Source: Eledone cirrhosa
Taxonomy: Eukaryota
Direction of reading: 5' to 3'
DNA length: 64,000 nt
NCBI GenBank assembly: GCA_964016885.1
Contig: OZ024753.1
Span: 19,530,001 to 19,594,000, forward strand
Shown here: one piece after another, positions 1-15,000 of the stretch
Position numbering within the stretch: the stretch's first letter is position 1
Layout: every line of letters starts with the position of its first letter
Notes under the pieces: model-generated
Told to the model about the DNA's origin: nothing
Seen by the model: the letters and a program-made list of their open reading frames with translations, nothing else
Databases searched by the model: none
Position numbers and translations under genes: made by a program

Positions 1-3000
1 ACTGAGATCAGCTACGACAGTAGTAACACTGTACTGAGACTACCTATGACAGTAGTAACATTGTACTGAGACTACCTATGACAGTTGTAACACTGCACTG
101 AGACTACCTATGACAGTAGTAACACTGTACTGAGACCAACTATGACAGTAGTAACACTGTACTGAGACCAACTATGACAGTAGTAACACTGTACTGAGAC
201 TAACTATGACAGTAGTAACACTGTACTAAGAGCAACTATGACAGTAGTAACACTGTACTGGGACTAACTTTGACAGTAGTAACACTGTACTTAGACCAAC
301 TATGACACTAGTAACACTGTACTGATACTAACTAGGAGAGTAGTAACACTGTACTGAGACTAACTATGACAGTAGTAACATTGTACTGAGACTAACTATG
401 ACAGTAGTAACACTGTACTGAGACTAACTATTGTAGTAGTTACACTGTACTGAGACCAACTATGACACTAGTAACACTGTACTTATACTAACTAGGACAC
501 TAGTAACACTGTACTGAGACCAACTATGACAGTAGTAACACTGTACTGGGACTAACTTTGACAGTAGTAACACTGTACTTAGACCAACTATGACACTAGT
601 AACACTGTACTGATACTAACTAGGACAGTAGTAACACTGTACTGAGACTAACTATGACAGTAGTAACACTGTACTGAGACCAACTATGACAGTAGTAACA
701 CTGTACTGAGACTAACTATTGTAGTAGTTACACAGTACTGAGACCAACTATGACAGTAGTGACAATGTACTGAGACTAACTATGACAGTAGTAACACTGT
801 ACTGATACTAACTATGACAGTAGTAACACTGTACTGAGACTAACTATGACAGTAGTAACACTGTACTGAGACTAACTATGACACTAGTAACACTGTACTG
901 ATACTAACTATGACAGTAGTAACACTGTACTGAGACTAACTGTGACAGTAGTAACACTGTACTGAGACTAACTATGACAGTAGTAACACTGCACTAAGAC
1001 TAACTATGACAGTAGTAACACTGTACTGATACTAACTATGACAGTAGTAACACTGTACTAAGACTAACTATGACAGTAGTAACACTGTACTAAGACTAAC
1101 TATGACAGTAGTAACACTGTACTGAGACTAACTATGACAGTAGTAACACTGTACTGATACTAACTATGACAGTAGTAACATTGTACTGATACTACCTATG
1201 ACAGTACTAACATTGTACTGAGACTAACTATGACAGTAGTAACACTGTACTGATACTAACTGTGACAGTAGTAACACTGTACTGAGACTAACTATGACAG
1301 TAGTAACACTGTACTGATAATAACTATGACAGTAGTAACACTGTACTGAGACTAACTGTGACAGTAGTAACACTGTATTGAGACCAACTATGACACTAGT
1401 AACACTGTATTGAGACCAACTACGACAGTAGTAACACTGTACTGGGACTAACTATGACAGTAGTAACACTGTACTGAGACTAACTATGACAGTAGTAACA
1501 CTGTACTGAGACCAACTATGACAGTAGTAACACTGTGCTGAGACCAACTATAACAGTAGTAACACTGTATTGAGACCAACTATGACACTAGTAACACTGT
1601 ATTGAGACCAACTACGACAGTAGTAACACTGTACTGGGACTAACTATGACAGTAGTAACACTGTACTGAGACTAACTATGACAGTAGTAACACTGTACTG
1701 AGACTAACTATAACAGTAGTAACACTGTACTGAGACTAACTAGGACAGTAGTTACACTGCACTGAGACCAACTATGACAGTAGTAACACTGTACTGAGAC
1801 TAACTATGACAGTAGTAACACTGTACTGAGACCAACTATGACAGTAGTAACACTGCACTGAGACTAACTATGACAGGAGTAAAACTGTACTGAGACCAAC
1901 TATGACAGTAGTAACACTGTACTGAGACCAACTATGACAGTAGTAACACTGTACTGAGACCAACTATGACAGTAGTATCACTGTACTGAGACTACTTATG
2001 ACAGTAGTAACACTGTATTGAGACTAACTATGACAGTAGTAACATTGTACTGAGACTAACTATGACAGTAGTAACACTGTACTAAGACTAACTATGACAG
2101 TATTAACACTGTACTGAGACTACCTATGACACTAGTAACACTGTACTGATACTAACTAGGACAGTAGTAACACTGTACTGAGACTAACTATGACAGTAGT
2201 AACACTGTACTAAGACCAACTATGACAGTAGTAACACTGTACTGGGACTAACTCTGACAGTAGTAAAACTGTACTGAGACCAACTATGACAGTAGTAACA
2301 CTGTACTGAGACCAACTATGACAGTAGTAAAACTGTACTGAGACCAACTATGACACTAGTAACACTGTAGTGATACTAACTAGGACAGTAGTAACACTGT
2401 ACTGAGACTAACTATGACAGTAGTACCACTGTACAAAGACTAACTATGACAGTAGTAACACTGTACAGATACTAACTTTGACAGTAGTAACACTGTACTA
2501 AGACCAAATATGACAGTAGTAACACTGTACTGAGACTAACTGTGACACTAGTAACACTGTACTAAGACTAACTGTGACAGTTATAACACTGTACTGAGAC
2601 TACCTATGACAGTAGTAACACTGTACTAAGACCAAATATGTCAGTAGTAGCACTGTACTCAGACTAACTGTGACACTAGTAGCACTGTACTAAGACTAAC
2701 TGTGACAGTAATAACACTGTACTGAGACTAACTGTGACACTAGTAACACTGTACTAAGACTAACTATGACAGTAGTAACACTGTACTAAGACCACATATG
2801 ACAGTAGTAACACTATACTGACACTAGTAACACTGTACTGATACTAACTAGGACAGTAGTAACACTGTACTGAGACTAACTAGTGTAGTAGTTACATTGT
2901 ACTGAGACCAACTATGACAGTAGTAACACTGTACTGAGACTAACTATGACAGTAGTAACACTGTACCGATACTAATTAGGACAGTAGTAACACTGTACTG

Positions 3001-6000
3001 AGACTAAATATGACATTATAACACTGTACTGAGACCAACTATGACAGTAGTAACACTGTACTGACACTACCTATGACACTAGTAACACTGTACTGATACT
3101 AACTAGGACAGTAGTAACACTGTGCTGAGACTAACTATGACAGTAGTAACACTGTACTGAGACTAACTATGACAGTAGTAACACTGTACTGAGACTAACT
3201 ATGACAGTAGTAACACTGTACTGAGACCAACTATGACAGTAGTAACACTGTACTGAGACTAACTATGACAGTAGTAACACTGTATTGAGACCAACTATGA
3301 CAGTAGTAACACTGTACTGACACTACCTATGACACTAGTAACACTGTACTGAGACTAACTATGACAGTAGTAACACTGTACTGAGACTAACTATGACAGT
3401 AGTAACACTGTATTGAGACTAACTATGACAGTAGTAACACTGTACTGAGACCAACTATGACAGTAGTAACACTGTACTGACACTACCTATGACACTAGTA
3501 ACACTGTACTGATACTACTAGGACAGTAGTAACACTGTACTGAGACTAACTATGACAGTATTAACACTGTACTGAGACTAAATATGACAGTAGTAACACT
3601 GTACTGAGACTAACTATGACAGTAGTAACACTGTACTGAGACTAACTATGACAGTATTAACAGTGTACCAAGACTAAATATGACAGTAGTAACACTGTAC
3701 TGAGACTACCTATGACAGTAGTAACACTGTACTGTCACTAACTATGACAGTAGTAACACTGTACTGAGACTAACTGTGACAGTAGTAACACTGTACTGAG
3801 ACCAAGTATGACAGTAGTAACTCTGTACTGAGACTAACTTTGACAGTAGTAACACTGTACTAAGACTAACTGTGACAGTAGTAACACTACTGAGACCAAC
3901 TATGACACTAGTAACACTGTACTAAGACTAACTATGACAGTAGTAACATTGTACTGAGACCAACTATTGTAGTAGTTACACGGTACTAAGACTAACTATT
4001 GTAGTAGTAACACTGTAATGAGACCAACTATGACAGTAGTAGCACTGTACTAACACTAACTATTGTAGTACTTACACTGTACTGAGACCAACTATGACAC
4101 TAGTAACACTGTATTGAGACAAACTATGACAGTAGTAACACTGTACGGAGACCAACTATGACACTACTAACATTGTACTGAGACAAACGATGACACTAGT
4201 AACACTGTATTGAGACAAACTATGACAGTAGTAACACTGTACTGATACCAACTATGACAGTAGTAACACTGTACTGAGACTACCTATGACAGTAGTAACA
4301 CTGTACTGAGACTAACTATGACAGTAGTTACACTGTACTGAGACAAACTATGACACTAGTAACACTGTATTGAGACAAACTATGACAGTAGTAACACTGT
4401 ACTGAGACCAACTATGACAGTAGTAACACTGTACTGAGACCAACTATGACAGTAGTAACACTGTACTGAGACCAACTATGACAGTAGTAACACTGTACTG
4501 AGACCAACTACGACAGTAGTAATACTGTACTGAGACCAACTCTGACAGTAGTAACACTGTACTGAGACCAACTATGACAGTAGTAACACTGTACTGAGAC
4601 TAACTATGACAGTAGTTACACTGTACTGAGACTAACTATGACAGTAGTAACACAGTACTGGGACTAACTATGACAGTAGTAACACTGTACTAGGACTAAC
4701 TATGACAGTATTTACACTGTACTGAGACCAACTATGACAGTAGTAACACTGTACTGAAACCAACTATGACAGTAGTTACACTGTACTGAGACAAACTATG
4801 ACACTAGTAACACTGTATTGAGACAAACTATGACAGTAGTAACACTGTACTGAGACCAACTATGACAGTAGTAACACTGTACTGAGACCAACTATGACAG
4901 TAGTAACACTGTACTGAGACCAACTATGACAGTAGTAACACTGTACTGAGACCAACTACGACAGTAGTAATAATGTACTGAGACCAACTCTGACAGTAGT
5001 AACACTGTACTGAGACCAACTATGACAGTAGTAACACTGTACTGAGACTAACTATGACAGTAGTAACACTGTACTAAGACCAACTATGACAGTAGTAGCA
5101 CTGTACTGGGACTAACTATGACAGTAGTAACACTGTACTGAGACCAACTATGACAGTAGTAACACTGTACTGAGACCAGCTGCGACAGTAGTAACACTGT
5201 ACTGAGACTAACTATGACAGTAGTAACACTGTACTGAGACCAACTATGACAGTAGTAACACTGTACTGAGACCAGCTGCGACAGTAGAAACACTGTACTG
5301 AGACCAACTATGACAGTAGTAACACTGTACTGAGACTAACTATGACAGTAGTAACACTGTACTGAGACTAGCTGCGACAGTAGTAACACTGTACTGAGAC
5401 CACCTGCGACAGTAGTAACACTGTACTGAGACCATCTACGACAGTAGTAACACTGTACTGAGACCAACTATGACGGTAGTAACACTGTACTGAGACCAAC
5501 TATGACAGTAGTAACACTGTACTGAGACCAACTATGACAGTAATAACACTGTACTGAGACTAAATATGACAGTAGTAAAACTGTACTAAGACCAACTATG
5601 ACAGTAGTAACACTGTACTGGGACTAATTATGACAGTAGTAACACTGTACTGAGACTAACTATGACAGTAGTAACACTGTACTGAGACTAACTTTGACAG
5701 TAGTAACACTGTACATAGACAAACTATGACAGTAGTAACACTGTACTGAGACCAACTATGACAGTATTAACACTGTACTGAGACTACCTATGACAGTAGT
5801 AACACTGTACTAATACTAACTAGGACAGTAGTAACACTGTACTGAGACTAACTAGTGTAGTAGTTACAATGTACTGAGACCAAATATGACAGTAGTAACA
5901 CTGTACTGAGACTAACTATGACAGTAGTAACACTGTACTGATACTAACTAGGACCGTAGTAACACTATACTGAGACTAACTATGACAGTAGTAACACTGT

Positions 6001-9000
6001 ACTGAGACCAACTATGACAGTAGTAACACTGTACTGACACTACCTATGACACTAGTAACACTGTACTGATACTAACTAGGACAGTAGTAACACTGTACTG
6101 AGACTAACTATGACAGTAGTAACACTGTACTCAGACTAACTATGACAGTAGTAACACTGTACTGAGACTAACTATGACAGTAGTAACACTGTACTGTGAC
6201 CAACTATGAGAGTAGTAACACTGTACTGAGACTAACTATGACAGTAGTAACACTGTACTGAGACCAACTATGAGAGTAGTAACACTGTACTGACACTACC
6301 TATGACACTAGTAACACTGTACTGATACTAACTAGGACAGTAGTAACACTGTACTGAGACTAACTATGACAGTAGTAACACTGTACTGAGACTAACTATG
6401 ACAGTAGTAACACTGTACTGAGACTAACTATGACAGTAGTAACACTGTACTGAGACCAACTATGACAGTAGTAACACTGTACTGACACTACCTATGACAC
6501 TAGTAACACTGTACTGATACTAACTAGGACAGTAGTAACACTGTACTGAGACTAACTATGACAGTATTAACACTGTACTGAGACTAACTATGATAGTATT
6601 AACACTTTACTGAGACCAACTATGACAGTAGTAACACTGTACTGAGAATAACTATGATAGTATTAACACTGTACTGAGACTAAATATGACAGTAGTAAGA
6701 CTGCACTGAGACTAACTATGACAGTAGTAAGACTGTACTGAGACTAACTATGACAGTATTAACAGTGTACCAAGACTAAATATGACAGTAGTAACACTGT
6801 ACTGAGACTACCTATGACAGTAGTAACACTGTACTGTCACTAACTATGACAGTAGTAAAACTATACTGAGACTAACTGTGACAGTAGTAACACTGTACGG
6901 ATACTAACTATGACAGTAGTAACACTGTACTGAGACTACCTATGACAGTAGTAACACTGTACTCGGACTACCTATGACAGTAGTAACACTGTACTGAGAC
7001 CAACTATGACACTAGTAACAATGTACTGGGACTAACTATGACAGTAGTAACACTGTACTGGGACTAACTATGACAGTAGTAACACTGTACTGAGTCAAAA
7101 CTATGACAGTAGTAACACTGTACTGAGACTAACTTTGACAGTAGCAACACTGTACTGAGTCAAAACTATGACAGTAGTAACACTGTACTGGGACTAACTA
7201 TGACAGTAATAACACTGTACTGAAACCAGCTATGACAGTAGTAACACTGTACTGAGACCAACTATGACAGTAGTAACACTGTACTGAGACTAACTATGAC
7301 AGTAGTAACACTGTACTAAACTAAATATGATACTAGTAACACTTTACTGAGACCAACTATGACAGTAGTAATACTGTACTGAGACTAAATATGACAGTAG
7401 TAACACGGTACCGGGACTGACTATGACAGTAGTAAGTAACACTCTACTGAGACTAACTATGACAGTAGTAACACTGTAATGAGACCAAGTATGACAGTAG
7501 TAACACTGTACTGAGACTAACTTTGACAGTAGTAACACTGTATTAAGACTAACTGTGACAGTAGTAACACTACTGAGACCAACTATGACACTAGTAACAC
7601 TGTACTAAGACTAACTATGACAGTAGTAACATTGTACTGAGACTAACTATTGTAGTAGTTACACGGTACTAAGACTAACTATTGTAGTAGTAACACTGTA
7701 ATGAGACCAACTATGACAGTAGTAACACTGTACTAACACTAACTATTATAGTAGTTACACTGTACTGAGACCAACTATGACACTAGTAACACTGTATTGA
7801 GACAAACTATGACAGTAGTAACACTGTACTGAGACCAACTATGACACTACTAACACTGTACTGAGACAAACTATGGCACTAGTAACACTGTATTGAGACA
7901 AACTATGACAGTAGTAACACTGTACTAGGACTAACTATGACAGTAGTAACTCTGTACTGAGACTAACTATGACAGTAGTAACACTGTACTAAACTAAATA
8001 TGATACTAGTAACAATGTACTGAGACTAACTATGACAGTAGTAACACTGTACTGAGACCAACTATGACAGTAGTAACACTGTACTGAGACTAAGTATGAC
8101 AGTAGTAACACTGTACTGAGACCAACTATGACAGTAGTTACACTGTACTGAGACCAACTATGACAGTAGTAACGCTGCACTGAGACCAACAATGACAGTA
8201 GTTACACTGTACTGAGACAAACTATGACACTAGTAACACTGTATTGAGACAAACTATGACAGTAGTAACACTGTACTGAGACCAACTATGACAGTAGTAA
8301 CACTGTACTGAGACCAACTATTACAGTAGTAATACTGTACTGAGACCAACTATGACAGTAGTAACACTGTACTCAGACCAACTATGACAGTAGTAACACT
8401 GTACTGAGACTAACTATGAGAGTAGTAACACTGTACTGAGACTAAATATGACAGTAGTAACACTGTACTAAGACCAACTATGACAGTAGTAACACTGTAC
8501 TGGGACTAACTATGACAGTAGTAACACTGTACTGAGACCAACTATGACAGTAGTAACACTGTACTGAGACCTGCTGCGACAGTAGTAACACTGTACTGAG
8601 ACAAGCTATGACAGTAGTAACACTGTACTGAGACCAACTATGACAGTAGTAACACTGTACTGAGACCAGCTGCGACAGTAGTAACACTGTACTGAGACCA
8701 ACTATGACAGTAGTAACACTGTACTGAGACTAACTATGACAGTAGTAACACTGTACTGAGACCAGCTGCGACAGTAGTAACACTGTACTGAGACCAGCTG
8801 CGACAGTAGTAACACTGTACTGAGACTAGCTACGACAGTAGTAACACTGTACTGAGACCAACTATGACAGTAGTAACACTGTACTGAGACCAACTATGAC
8901 AGTAGTAACACTGTACTGAGACCAACTATGACAGTAGTAACACTGTACTGAGACTAAATATGACAGTAGTAACACTGTACTAAGACCAACTATGACAGTA

Positions 9001-12000
9001 GTAACACTGTTCTGGGACTAATTATAACAGTAGTAACACTGTACTGAGACTAACTATGACAGTAGTAACACTGTACTGAGACTAACTTTGACAGTAGTAA
9101 CACTGTACATAGACAAACTATGACAGTAGTAACACTGTACTGAGACCAACTATGACAGTATTAACACTGTACTGAGACTACCTATGACAGTAGTAACACT
9201 GTACCAAGACTAACTATGACAGTAGTAACACTGTACTGAGACTAACTTTGACAGTAGTAACACTGTACATAGACAAACTATGACAGTAGTAACACTGTAC
9301 TGAGACCAACTATGACAGTAGTAACACTGTACTGAGACCAACTATGACAGTAGTAACACTGTACTGAGAATAACTATGACAGTATTAACACTGTACTGAG
9401 ACTAAATATGACAGTAGTAACACTGTACTGAGACTAACTATGACAGTAGTAACACTGTACTGAGAATAACTATGACAGTAGTAACACTGTACTGAGAATA
9501 ACTATGACAGTATTAACACTGTACTGAGACTAACTATGACAGTAGTAACACTGTACTGAGACTAACTATGACAGTAGTAACACTGTACTTAGACCAACTA
9601 TGACATTAGTAACACTGTACTGGGACTAACTATGACAGTAGTACCACTGTACCAAGACTAAATATGAAAGTAGTAACACTGTACTGTCACTAACTATGAC
9701 AGTAGTAACACTGTACTGAGACTAACTTTGACAGTAGTAACACTGTACTAAGACTAACTGTGACAGTAGTAACACTACTGAGACACACTATGACACTAGT
9801 AACACTGTACTAAGACTAACTATGACAGTAGTAACATTGTACTGAGACCAACTATTGTAGTAGTTACACGGTACTAAGACTAACTATTGTAGTAGTAACA
9901 CTGTAATGAGACCAACTATGACAGTAGTAACACTGTACTAACACTAACTATTGTAGTAGTTACACTGTACTGAGACCAACTATGACAGTAGTAACACAGT
10001 ACTGAGACCAACTATGACACTACTAACACTGTACTGAGACAAACTATGAGACTAGTAACACTGCATTGAGACAAACTATGACAGTAGTAACACTGTACTG
10101 AGACCAACTGTGACAGTAGTAACACTGTACTGAGACTACCTATGACAGTAGTAACACTGTACTGAGACTAACTACGACAGTAGTTACACTGTACTGAGAC
10201 TACCTATGAATGTAGTAACACTGTACTGGGACTAACTATGACAGTAGTAACACTGTACTAGGACTAACTATGACAGTAGTAACACTGTACTGAGACTAAC
10301 TATGACAGTAGTAACACTGTACTAAACTAAATATGATACTAGTAACAATGTACTGAGACTAACTATGACAGTAGTAACACTGTACTGAGACCAACTATGA
10401 CAGTAGTAACACTGTACTGAGACTAACTATGACAGTAGTAACACTGTACTGAGACCAACTATGACAGTAGTTACACTGTACTGAGACCATCTATGACAGT
10501 AGTAACACTGTACTGAGATCAACTATGACAGTAGTTACACTGTACTGAGACAAACTATGACACTAGTAAAACTGTATTGAGACAAACTATGACAGTAGTA
10601 ACACTGTACTGAGACCAACTATGACAGTAGTAACACTGTACTGAGACCAACTATGACAGTAGTAACAATGTACTGAGACCAACTATGACAGTAGTAACAC
10701 TGTACTGAGACCAACTACGACAGTAGTAATACTGTACTGAGACCAACTATGACAGTAGTAACACTGTACTGAGTCCTTCTATGACAGTAGTAACACTGTA
10801 CTGAGACTAACTATGACAGTAGTAACACTGTACTGAGACTAAATATGACAGTAGTAACACTGTACTAAGACCAACTATGACAGTAGTAACACTGTACTGG
10901 GACTAACTATGACAGTAGTAACACTGTACTGAGACCAACTATGACAGTAGTAACACTGTACTGAGACCAGCTGCGACAGTAGTAACACTGTACTGAGACT
11001 AACTATGACAGTAGTAACATTGTACTGAGACCAACTATGACAGTAGTAACACTGTACTGAGACCAGCTGCGACAGTAGTAACACCGTACTGAGACCAACT
11101 ATGACAGTAGTAACACTGTACTGAGACTAACTATGACAGTAGTAACACTGTACTGAGACCAGCTGCGACAGTAGTAACACTGTACTGAGACCAGCTGCGA
11201 CAGTAGTAACACTGTACTGAGACCAGCTACGACAGTAGTAACACTGTACTGAGACCAACTATGACAGTAGTAACACTGTACTGAGACCAACTATGACAGT
11301 AGTAACACTGTACTGAGACCAACTATGACAGTAGTAACACTGTACTGAGACTAAATATGACAGTAGTAACACTGTACTAAGACCAACTATGACAGTAGTA
11401 ACACTGTACTGGGACCAATTATGACAGTAGTAACACTGTACTGAGACTAACTATGACAGTAGTAACACTGTACTGAGACTAACTTTGACAGTAGTAACAC
11501 TGTACTGAGACCAACTATGACAGTATTAACACTGTACTGAGACTACCTATGACAGTAGTAACACTGTACTGAGACCAACTATGACAGTAGTAACACTGTA
11601 CTGAGAATAACTATGACAGTATTAACACTGTACTGAAACTAAATATGACAGTAGTAACACTGTACTGAGACTAACTATGACAGTAGTAACACTGTACTGA
11701 GACTAACTATGACAGTAGTAACACTGTACTGAGAATAACTATGACAGTATTAACACTGTACTGAGACTAACTATGACAGTAGTAACACTGTACTGATACT
11801 AACTATGACAGTATTAACACTGTACTGAGACTAACTATGACAGTAGTAACACTGTATTGAGACTAACTATGACAGTAGTAACACTGTACTGAGACCAACT
11901 ATGACAGTAGTAACACTGTACTGAGAATAACTATGACAGTATTAACACTGTACTGAGACTAACTATGACAGTAGTAACACTGTACTGAGACTAACTATTA

Positions 12001-15000
12001 CAGTAGTAACACTGTACTTAGACCAACTATGACAGTAGTAACACTGTACTGAGACTAAATATGACAGTAGTAACACTGTACTGGGACTAACTATGACAGT
12101 AGTAACACTGTACCAAGACTAAATATGAAAGTAGTAACACTGTACTGAGACTACCTATGACAGTAGTAACACTGTACTGTCACTAACTATGACAGTAGTA
12201 ACACTGTACTGGGACTAACTGTGACAGTAGCAACACTGTACTGAGATTAACTATGACAGTAGTAACACTGTACTGGGACTAACTATGACAGTAGTAACAC
12301 TGTACCAAGACTAAATATGACAGTAGTAACACTGTACTGAGACTACCTATGACAGTAGTAACACTGTACTGTCACTAACTATGACAGTAGTAACAATGTA
12401 CTGAGACTAACTATGACAGTAGTAACACTGTACTGAGACCAACTATGACAGTAGTAACACTGTACTGAGACTAACTATGACAGTAGTAACACTGTACTGA
12501 GACCAACTATGACAGTAGTTACACTGTACTGAGACCATCTATGACAGTAGTAACACTGTACTGAGATCAACTATGACAGTAGTTACACTGTACTGAGACA
12601 AACTATGACACTAGTAAAACTGTATTGAGACAAACTATGACAGTAGTAACACTGTACTGAGACCAACTATGACAGTAGTAACACTGTACTGAGACCAACT
12701 ATGACAGTAGTAACACTGTACTGAGACCAACTATGACAGTAGTAACACTGTACTGAGACCAACTACGACAGTAGTAATACTGTACTGAGACCAACTATGA
12801 CAGTAGTAACACTGTACTGAGTCCAACTATGACAGTAGTAACACTGTACTGAGACTAACTATGACAGTAGTAACACTGTACTGAGACTAAATATGACAGT
12901 AGTAACACTGTACTAAGACCAACTATGACAGTAGTAACACTGTACTGGGACTAACTATGACAGTAGTAACACTGTACTGAGACCAACTATGACAGTAGTA
13001 ACACTGTACTGAGACCAGCTGCGACAGTAGTAACACTGTACTGAGACTAACTATGACAGTAGTAACACTGTACTGAGACCAACTATGACAGTAGTAACAC
13101 TGTACTGAGACCAGCTGCGACAGTAGTAACACCGTACTGAGACCAACTATGACAGTAGTAACACTGTACTGAGACTAACTATGACAGTAGTAACACTGTA
13201 CTGAGACCAGCTGCGACAGTAGTAACACTGTACTGAGACCAGCTGCGACAGTAGTAACACTGTACTGAGACCAGCTACGACAGTAGTAACACTGTACTGA
13301 GACCAACTATGACAGTAGTAACACTGTACTGAGACCAACTATGACAGTAGTAACACTGTACTGAGACCAACTATGACAGTAGTAACACTGTACTGAGACT
13401 AAATATGACAGTAGTAACACTGTACTAAGACCAACTATGACAGTAGTAACACTGTACTGGGACCAATTATGACAGTAGTAACACTGTACTGAGACTAACT
13501 ATGACAGTAGTAACACTGTACTGAGACTAACTTTGACAGTAGTAACACTGTACTGAGACCAACTATGACAGTATTAACACTGTACTGAGACTACCTATGA
13601 CAGTAGTAACACTGTACTGAGACCAACTATGACAGTAGTAACACTGTACTGAGAATAACTATGACAGTATTAACACTGTACTGAAACTAAATATGACAGT
13701 AGTAACACTGTACTGAGACTAACTATGACAGTAGTAACACTGTACTGAGACTAACTATGACAGTAGTAACACTGTACTGAGAATAACTATGACAGTATTA
13801 ACACTGTACTGAGACTAACTATGACAGTAGTAACACTGTACTGATACTAACTATGACAGTATTAACACTGTACTGAGACTAACTATGACAGTAGTAACAC
13901 TGTACTGAGACTAACTATGACAGTAGTAACACTGTACTGAGACTAACTATGACAGTAGTAACACTGTACTGAGACCAACTATGACAGTAGTTACACTGTA
14001 CTGAGACCATCTATGACAGTAGTAACACTGTACTGAGATCAACTATGACAGTAGTTACACTGTACTGAGACAAACTATGACACTAGTAAAACTGTATTGA
14101 GACAAACTATGACAGTAGTAACACTGTACTGAGACCAACTATGACAGTAGTAACACTGTACTGAGACCAACTATGACAGTAGTAACACTGTACTGAGACC
14201 AACTATGACAGTAGTAACACTGTACTGAGACCAACTACGACAGTAGTAATACTGTACTGAGACCAACTATGACAGTAGTAACACTGTACTGAGTCCAACT
14301 ATGACAGTAGTAACACTGTACTGAGACTAACTATGACAGTAGTAACACTGTACTGAGACTAAATATGACAGTAGTAACACTGTACTAAGACCAACTATGA
14401 CAGTAGTAACACTGTACTGGGACTAACTATGACAGTAGTAACACTGTACTGAGACCAACTATGACAGTAGTAACACTGTACTGAGAATAACTATGACAGT
14501 ATTAACACTGTACTGAGACTAACTATGACAGTAGTAACACTGTACTGAGACTAACTATTACAGTAGTAACACTGTACTTAGACCAACTATGACAGTAGTA
14601 ACACTGTACTGAGACTAAATATGACAGTAGTAACACTGTACTGGGACTAACTATGACAGTAGTAACACTGTACCAATACTAAATATGAAAGTAGTAACAC
14701 TGTACTGAGACTACCTATGACAGTAGTAACACTGTACTGTCACTAACTATGACAGTAGTAACACTGTACTGGGACTAACTGTGACAGTAGCAACACTGTA
14801 CTGAGATTAACTATGACAGTAGTAACACTGTACTGGGACTAACTATGACAGTAGTAACACTGTACCAAGACTAAATATGACAGTAGTAACACTGTACTGA
14901 GACTACCTATGACAGTAGTAACACTGTACTGTCACTAACTATGACAGTAGTAACAATGTACTGAGACTAACTATGACAGTAGTAACACTGTACTGAGACC

